NCBI GenBank assembly: GCA_033762915.1
Contig: JANRLD010000107.1
Span: forward strand, 31,215-95,214
Length of the DNA: 64,000 nucleotides
Reading direction: 5' to 3'
DNA from: Meiothermus sp.
GTDB lineage: Bacteria > Deinococcota > Deinococci > Deinococcales > Thermaceae
Shown: positions 58,511 to 64,000 of the stretch, piece after piece
How positions within the stretch are numbered: position 1 is the first letter of the stretch
Layout: the number at the start of each line of letters is the position of its first letter
The notes under the pieces: generated by a model
What the model was told of the DNA's origin: nothing
Database searches by the model: none
What the model saw: the letters and a program-made list of their open reading frames with translations, nothing else
Program-made: the position numbers and the translations under genes

Positions 58511-61023
58511 AGTTTACGGAATTTCAGCTCAAGCAGCGTGACCCCTCGAGGCCGCTGGAGGCCGACTTCGCCACCGCCGAAGGCTGGATCGCCGCCCGTG
58601 CCCCCGGCTCCGTCCACGAGGCGCTGCAGGCGGCGGGCCTGATCCCCGACCCCTTCTACGACCGCAACGAACTCGAGGTGCAGTGGGTGGGCGAGGCCGA
58701 CTGGCTGTACCGCGCCGAGTTCGAGGCTGAGGTGTCAGAGCCCTTCGCCGACCTGGTCTTTGACGGCCTGGATACCGTCGCCAGGGTCTGGCTTAATGGC
58801 GAGCTGGTGCTCGAGTCGGACAACATGTTCGTCCCGCGCCGCCTCGATGTTCGCCACAAGCTGCGCCCGGGCGCCAACCAACTGTGGATCCTGTTCGCCT
58901 CGGCGCTCAAGCACGGGAAGGCCCTCGAGGCCGCCCATGGGGGGCCGCGCCCGCTGTGGAACGGCGACAGCAGCCGCCTGTTCGTGCGCAAGGCCCAGTA
59001 CCACTACGGTTGGGATTGGGGGCCGACCCTGCTGACCGCCGGGGTCTGGCGCGAGGCCCGGCTCGAGACCTACGCCGCCCGCATTGCCGAGCTGTACTGC
59101 CCAGTCAGCCTCGAGGACGACCTGTTGACCGCCGAGTTTCCCGTCCGGGTAAGCCTCGAGGGCGAACTCAACGGCGCGACCGTAAAGCTCGAGCTCTACG
59201 GCCCAGGTGGCGAAGCCCTCGGCACAGTTTCACGCCCGGCCTCGGCCGACCTCGAGCACGTTTTTGTGGTCGGGGCTCCCCAGCTCTGGTGGCCCAACAC
59301 CTACGGCGAACAGCCGCTCTACCGCCTGGTGGCGCGGCTCGAGCGCGACGGCATCGAGCTTGACACGCAATCCCAAAAGCTCGGCGTCCGGCGGCTTCGC
59401 CTGGTTCAAGAGCCGCAGGCCGGCGGGGTCACCAGCTTCTACTTCGAGGTCAACCACACCCCAATCTTCGCTGGCGGGGCAAACTGGATTCCCGAGGGCA
59501 TCCCCACCACCCGCGTGTCCCCCGCCGAATACCGCCAGCGGATCCTCCAGGCCAAGGCCGCAAACATGACCATGCTGCGGGTCTGGGGCGGCGGCATCTA
59601 CGAGGACGAGGAGTTCTACGACCTCTGCGACGCGCACGGCCTGCTGGTCTGGCAGGACTTTATGTTTGCCTGCGGCATCTATCCGGCGCACGCCGGGTTT
59701 GTCGAAAGTGTTCGGCTGGAGGCCGCCGCCCAGATCAAGCGGTTGCGCCACCGCCCCTGCCTGGCCCTGTGGTGCGCCAACAACGAAGACTACCAGCTCG
59801 CCTACGGACAGCGTCTCTATAAGGGCCACCTCCCGCCCGAGGAAAACCCCGAGTTTCCGGCGCGCGTCATCTACGAGCGGCTCCTCCCGCAGCTCTGTGG
59901 CGAACTCGACCCCGCCACCCCCTACCGCCCCGGCAGTCCTTACGGCGGCTCGGCCGAGAGCGGCTACGACCCCGACGACCAGACCCAGGGCGACCGCCAC
60001 ACCTGGGAGATCTGGCACCGGGAGACCTACCCCTACCAGGACTACCCCAAAAAAGGCGGCACCTTCGTCAGCGAGTTCGGCATGCAGGGCGCGGCCTCGC
60101 TGGGCACGCTCAAGGCCGCACTCCCGCCCGAGGAGCTGCACCCCTTCAGCCGGGGCTTCGAGCACCACAACAAGGCCTCCGACGGCTACCGCCGGATCGT
60201 GGTCTACCTGACCGACAACCTGGCGCTGCCCTCTGACCTCGAGGGCTATATCTACGCCACCCAGCTGGTGCAGTCCGAGGCCCTGAGCAGCGCCTACCGG
60301 GGCTGGCGCCGCCGCTTCGCCGGCCCAGGCCACATCGGCTGCGGCGGTGCCCTGGTCTGGCAGCTCAACGACTGCTGGCCGGTGCAGAGCTGGGCCATCG
60401 TGGACAGCTCCGGGGTGCCCAAGCCGGCCTACTACACCGTTCGCCGTGCGCTCGCTCCGGTGGCGGTGGGCCTGTGGTCGACCGCAGGTGGGGCCAGCGT
60501 TTGGGCGGTCAATAGCCGCCCGGGCGCCCTCGAGGCCACCCTCGAGCTGCGTGTCCTGAGCCTTGAAGGGCAGGAGCTTTCCCACTCCAGCCGGGCCGTC
60601 CGGCTGCCCGCCAACCAGGCCTTCGAGTTGGGCGAACTCGAGGCCCCCCAGAACGCCGTCATCGCCGCCCGACTCCTGGAGGGCGAGGAGGTGCTGTCCC
60701 GCTTCACCCTGTGGCCCGAGCCCTACAAGTACCTCACCCTGCCCAGCCCGAATCTGCGGGCGGTGCGGTTGGGCCAGGACCGGCTGGTGCTGCGCACCGA
60801 CCGGCCGGTTAAGGGGGTGTGGCTGGAAGCGAAGCCGGCCCCTGGAGCGGAGGCCGCGGGCCTGGAATGGAGCGATAACCTGATCGACCTCAACCCCGGC
60901 GACGAGCGGGTGATCGAGGCCAAGGGATTGGGCCTGCTGCCCGTGCGGCTGCGATACATGGGCTCGAGGGGTGCGATGGTGGTGGCCGATCTGCTGGAGG
61001 CCGCCCCGGTGGTGGGCGATTGA
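58507..61023 (+). CDS. GH2 beta-mannosidase
   Basis: VRKAQYHYGWDWGP, GANWIP, MLRVWGGG, WQDFMFAC, WCANNE, FVSEFG, WQLNDCWP. Confidence 0.95.
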   Translation: MKFTEFQLKQRDPSRPLEADFATAEGWIAARAPGSVHEALQAAGLIPDPFYDRNELEVQWVGEADWLYRAEFEAEVSEPFADLVFDGLDTVARVWLNGELVLESDNMFVPRRLDVRHKLRPGANQLWILFASALKHGKALEAAHGGPRPLWNGDSSRLFVRKAQYHYGWDWGPTLLTAGVWREARLETYAARIAELYCPVSLEDDLLTAEFPVRVSLEGELNGATVKLELYGPGGEALGTVSRPASADLEHVFVVGAPQLWWPNTYGEQPLYRLVARLERDGIELDTQSQKLGVRRLRLVQEPQAGGVTSFYFEVNHTPIFAGGANWIPEGIPTTRVSPAEYRQRILQAKAANMTMLRVWGGGIYEDEEFYDLCDAHGLLVWQDFMFACGIYPAHAGFVESVRLEAAAQIKRLRHRPCLALWCANNEDYQLAYGQRLYKGHLPPEENPEFPARVIYERLLPQLCGELDPATPYRPGSPYGGSAESGYDPDDQTQGDRHTWEIWHRETYPYQDYPKKGGTFVSEFGMQGAASLGTLKAALPPEELHPFSRGFEHHNKASDGYRRIVVYLTDNLALPSDLEGYIYATQLVQSEALSSAYRGWRRRFAGPGHIGCGGALVWQLNDCWPVQSWAIVDSSGVPKPAYYTVRRALAPVAVGLWSTAGGASVWAVNSRPGALEATLELRVLSLEGQELSHSSRAVRLPANQAFELGELEAPQNAVIAARLLEGEEVLSRFTLWPEPYKYLTLPSPNLRAVRLGQDRLVLRTDRPVKGVWLEAKPAPGAEAAGLEWSDNLIDLNPGDERVIEAKGLGLLPVRLRYMGSRGAMVVADLLEAAPVVGD

Positions 61024-61160
61024 CCGTGGGCGCGTGGCGCAGCGCCCATTTGCGGGCTCGTAAGCGCACGGCGGAGATGCATGCCGCTCGACCGCCCAGC
61101 CCTCAGGGCTGAGGACTTGGTCGACCGCTACCGGCTCAACCGGAAAAGGAGCAACACACC

Positions 61161-61976
61161 ATGACCAACACCGTCTCGTTCATCACGGCCAATTTCGTGG
61201 CCCGGCAGGTCGGCTACAACATGACCGAGGGCTGGATGCAGGGCGACACCGCCACCAACGAGTACTTCAAGCCCCTCCAGACCTTCCCAGAGCGTTTTGA
61301 GGCCATGCTTCTAGAGGTAAAGGCGATGGGCTTCGCCAGCCTCGACTTGTGGGGGGCTCACCTCAACTCGGCCTGGGCCACCCCGGAGCACGTCGTGGCG
61401 GCCAGGGCGCTGCTCGAGAGGCACGGGCTGAAGGTGGAGAGTTTCGCCACTTGGGTGGGCTCGCTGGAGGGCCTCGAGGCCACTGCCAGGCTGGCCCAGG
61501 CCATGGGCGTTTCCATCATCGCCGGGGGCGCACCGCTGCTCAAGACTCAGCGGGCCGAGGCGGTGGCCGTCCTCAAGCACTATGGCGTTCGCCTGGGCAT
61601 CGAGAACCACCCCGAGAAGAGCCCGCAGGAAGTGCTCGAGCTCATCGGCGACGGGGCCGACGGCCACATCGGCACCGCCCTGGACACCGGCTGGTGGGCC
61701 ACCCAGGGCTACAGCCCGGCCACGGCCATCCGCGACCTGAAAGACCACCTCCTGATCCTCCATCTCAAGGACGTGAAGGCCGCCGGAGCCCACGACACCT
61801 GCCGCTTCGGCCAGGGCGTCGCCGAGATCGCCGCCTGCGTGGAGGCCCTGCGCCAGGTCGGATACGGCGGGGTCATCGGCATCGAGCACGAGCCCGAGCA
61901 CCACGACCCCACCGAGGATGTGAGGGTCAGCAAGGCCCTGCTGGAAGAGTGGATGGCGGGCGCTATCGCGCGCTGA
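61161..61976 (+). CDS. Sugar phosphate isomerase/epimerase (xylose isomerase-like TIM barrel)
   Basis: LGIENH, ALDTGWW, LHLKD, GYGGVIGIEHE. Confidence 0.88.
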   Translation: MTNTVSFITANFVARQVGYNMTEGWMQGDTATNEYFKPLQTFPERFEAMLLEVKAMGFASLDLWGAHLNSAWATPEHVVAARALLERHGLKVESFATWVGSLEGLEATARLAQAMGVSIIAGGAPLLKTQRAEAVAVLKHYGVRLGIENHPEKSPQEVLELIGDGADGHIGTALDTGWWATQGYSPATAIRDLKDHLLILHLKDVKAAGAHDTCRFGQGVAEIAACVEALRQVGYGGVIGIEHEPEHHDPTEDVRVSKALLEEWMAGAIAR

Positions 61977-62004
61977 GAAACCAGGAAAGCATAAAGGAGA
62001 GACC

Positions 62005-63075
62005 ATGCCACTCAAACTCGCTGTGATCGGCTGCGGGAACATCGCTGGGCCGTACTCGAAGGACATCAAGAAGCAGCCGGACCTTGAGATCGTCGGCTTT
62101 TTCGATCTGGACAATGCCAGGGCCAAGGCCTTTGCGCAGGAGCACGGCGGCAAGGCCTACGATAGCCTCGAGGCCGCTCTGGCCGACCCCGAGGTGGAGG
62201 CCATCGTCAATCTGACCATATTCCAGGCCCACTACGAGGTTAACAAGAAGGGCTTGGAGGCTGGGAAGCACGTCTACAGCGAGAAGCCCCTGACCTTGGA
62301 GTACGCCCAGGCCCAGGAACTCGTCGGGCTGGCCCAATCTAAGGGGCTGCGCTTGGCCGGGGCCCCCATCACCTTCCTGGGCGAGGGCCAGCAGCGCGCT
62401 ATGCGGATGATCCGCGAGGGGAAGCTGGGCCGCGTACGGGTGGTCTATGCCGAGGTCAACCACGGGCGCATCGAGAGTTGGCACCCCAACCCCGCGCCCT
62501 TCTACGCGGTCGGACCTAACCTCGACGTGGGGGTTTACCCGCTGGCCCTGCTCACCGCGCTGTTCGGACCCGCCCAGCGCCTGACCGCCTTCGCCACTAC
62601 CCTCTCGCCAAACCGCGTCACCAAGGACGGCACCCCCTTCACCATCGAGGCCCCCGACTTCTACGTGATCAACCTCGAGTTTGCCGATGGGCCGCTGGTG
62701 CGCCTGACCACCAACTTCTATGTCTCGGGGCGCACCAACCAGGGCGAGGGTATCGAGTTTCACGGGGACATCGGCTCGCTGCACCTGCACAGCTGGTTCT
62801 CCGCCGATACCCGGCTGGAGTATGCCGACTTCGGCAAGCCCTATGCCCCGGTCGATCCCCCGGTCAAGGCTGCTGGCGCAATAGACTGGGCGCGCGGCTT
62901 GGCCGACTTCGCCCGAGGCATCCGCAGCGGCCAGACCTCGCGGGTGACCGGAGACCACGCCGCGCACATTGTCGAGATTCTCGAGGCCACCAACCTCTCG
63001 GTCGCGACGCGGCAGACCGTGGAGCTGACCTCGAGCTTCGGGGTACCTGAACTGGTGGAGTTCGGGCAGACGTAG
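62005..63075 (+). CDS. Gfo/Idh/MocA family oxidoreductase
   Basis: VIGCGNIA, AGKHVYSEKP, DVGVY. Confidence 0.93.
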   Translation: MPLKLAVIGCGNIAGPYSKDIKKQPDLEIVGFFDLDNARAKAFAQEHGGKAYDSLEAALADPEVEAIVNLTIFQAHYEVNKKGLEAGKHVYSEKPLTLEYAQAQELVGLAQSKGLRLAGAPITFLGEGQQRAMRMIREGKLGRVRVVYAEVNHGRIESWHPNPAPFYAVGPNLDVGVYPLALLTALFGPAQRLTAFATTLSPNRVTKDGTPFTIEAPDFYVINLEFADGPLVRLTTNFYVSGRTNQGEGIEFHGDIGSLHLHSWFSADTRLEYADFGKPYAPVDPPVKAAGAIDWARGLADFARGIRSGQTSRVTGDHAAHIVEILEATNLSVATRQTVELTSSFGVPELVEFGQT

Positions 63076-63337
63076 GCGGCGGGCCGAGAGAAGCCCCGAC
63101 GCTCGCCCTCGCCTTAGGAAAGCTCAACAGAGTGGTAACCTTGTGGTACACCCACAGCCGGCAGGCCAGATCGCGCAGGGAGGTGGAGACCTGTCCCTCG
63201 AGGTACAAACAGACCGCTCGGCGCCCGTACCTCCCCTGAGGTCCCGCTAACCCGTTAGTAGGTTTCGCCAGCTTCCAAGCCCAACACGTGGTTTACCTGG
63301 CCTAGACTTTCCCTGAAGCACGCTAACCTGAATCCTT

Positions 63338-64000
63338 ATGCCCCGCATCGCCCTTCTCACCCTACTGCTGGCCCTGCTCATTCCCGGAGGCGGAATGTCT
63401 CAACCGGCCCCGGCCAGCCGGCTGCTCTTTCATGGCAAGCCGGTCTACCTCAATGGCATCAACGTCCCCTGGAACAACTTCGGGGCGGACTTTGGCTGCC
63501 GCTACGACGAGCGGTACTTCGAGCGGATGTTTCGCGAGCTGCGGCAGTACGGAGTCAACTCGGTGCGGGTTTGGCTGCACATCGACGGCCGCTGTCAGCC
63601 GGTGTTCGCCGAGGGGATGACGGTGGGGCTCACGTCGCGCTTCTATGAACACTTCGACGATTTTCTGGCTCGAGCCCAGCGCTATAACATCGCGGTGATG
63701 CCGGTGCTGTGGTCGTTCGACATGACCTACCAGCAGACCCTCAGGTCCCCCCTGATTACCGATGTTGCCAAGACCAACAGCTACATCGAAAAGGCCCTGA
63801 TCCCGATGGTCAAGCGCTACGCGACCCACAAGGCGCTGCTGGCGTGGGAGATCATCAACGAGCCGGAGTGGAGCATCAAAGAGACCCCCTGCAATGCGGC
63901 CAAGCACGACTGCGTGAGCCTGCTTCAGATGCAGCGCTTCGTGGGCCTCCAGGCGGCGGCCATCCGGGCCAACACCGCCCAGTACGTCACGGTGGGCTCG
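63338..64000 (+). CDS. Secreted GH5 glycoside hydrolase, likely endo-beta-1,4-mannanase (truncated by the window end)
   Basis: My translation: MPRIALLTLLLALLIPG...LNGINVPWNNFGADFG...GVNSVRVWLHIDG...SYIEKALIPM...LLAWEIINEPEW (GH5 NEP motif). Confidence 0.85.
   Translation, partial: MPRIALLTLLLALLIPGGGMSQPAPASRLLFHGKPVYLNGINVPWNNFGADFGCRYDERYFERMFRELRQYGVNSVRVWLHIDGRCQPVFAEGMTVGLTSRFYEHFDDFLARAQRYNIAVMPVLWSFDMTYQQTLRSPLITDVAKTNSYIEKALIPMVKRYATHKALLAWEIINEPEWSIKETPCNAAKHDCVSLLQMQRFVGLQAAAIRANTAQYVTVGS

Overview
A high-GC chromosomal window that looks like Deinococcota (Meiothermus/Calidithermus-like); this is inferred from very frequent CTCGAG and from several genes with a TAnnnT box 5-8 nt before the start codon. 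It has four blocks. (1) 0.3-13.9 kb: three large SARP/BTAD-AAA-TPR regulators, a single-domain globin, a DKNYY lipoprotein and small orphan ORFs whose promoters carry tandem 11-bp GGCCACG repeats. (2) 14-27.5 kb: a patchwork of accessory genes (AT-rich orphan, DUF1330, molybdopterin oxidoreductase, GH16, XRE operon, DUF2306, SRPBCC, Ig/RCC1 lipoprotein, thyA-folA). (3) 27.6-48.4 kb: a general-stress-like island (glf and a glycosyltransferase, a 2448-aa orphan HAMP-3xGAF-11xPAS histidine kinase, cupin, Zn-dehydrogenase, SRPBCC, MgtC, YciF, KGG peptide, NhaP, small Pro-rich proteins). At least seven promoters here share one architecture, (TCAG-N7)x3-4 followed by a -10-like box at a fixed distance, which suggests a two-component-controlled stress regulon. 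(4) 48.5-64 kb: a LacI-controlled beta-mannan/glucoside utilisation locus, including an unusual single polypeptide that fuses two sugar ABC permeases to an acyltransferase-3 domain. A ~90-nt structured repeat with terminal inverted repeats occurs in about six copies. I found no rRNA, tRNA, CRISPR array or transposase.
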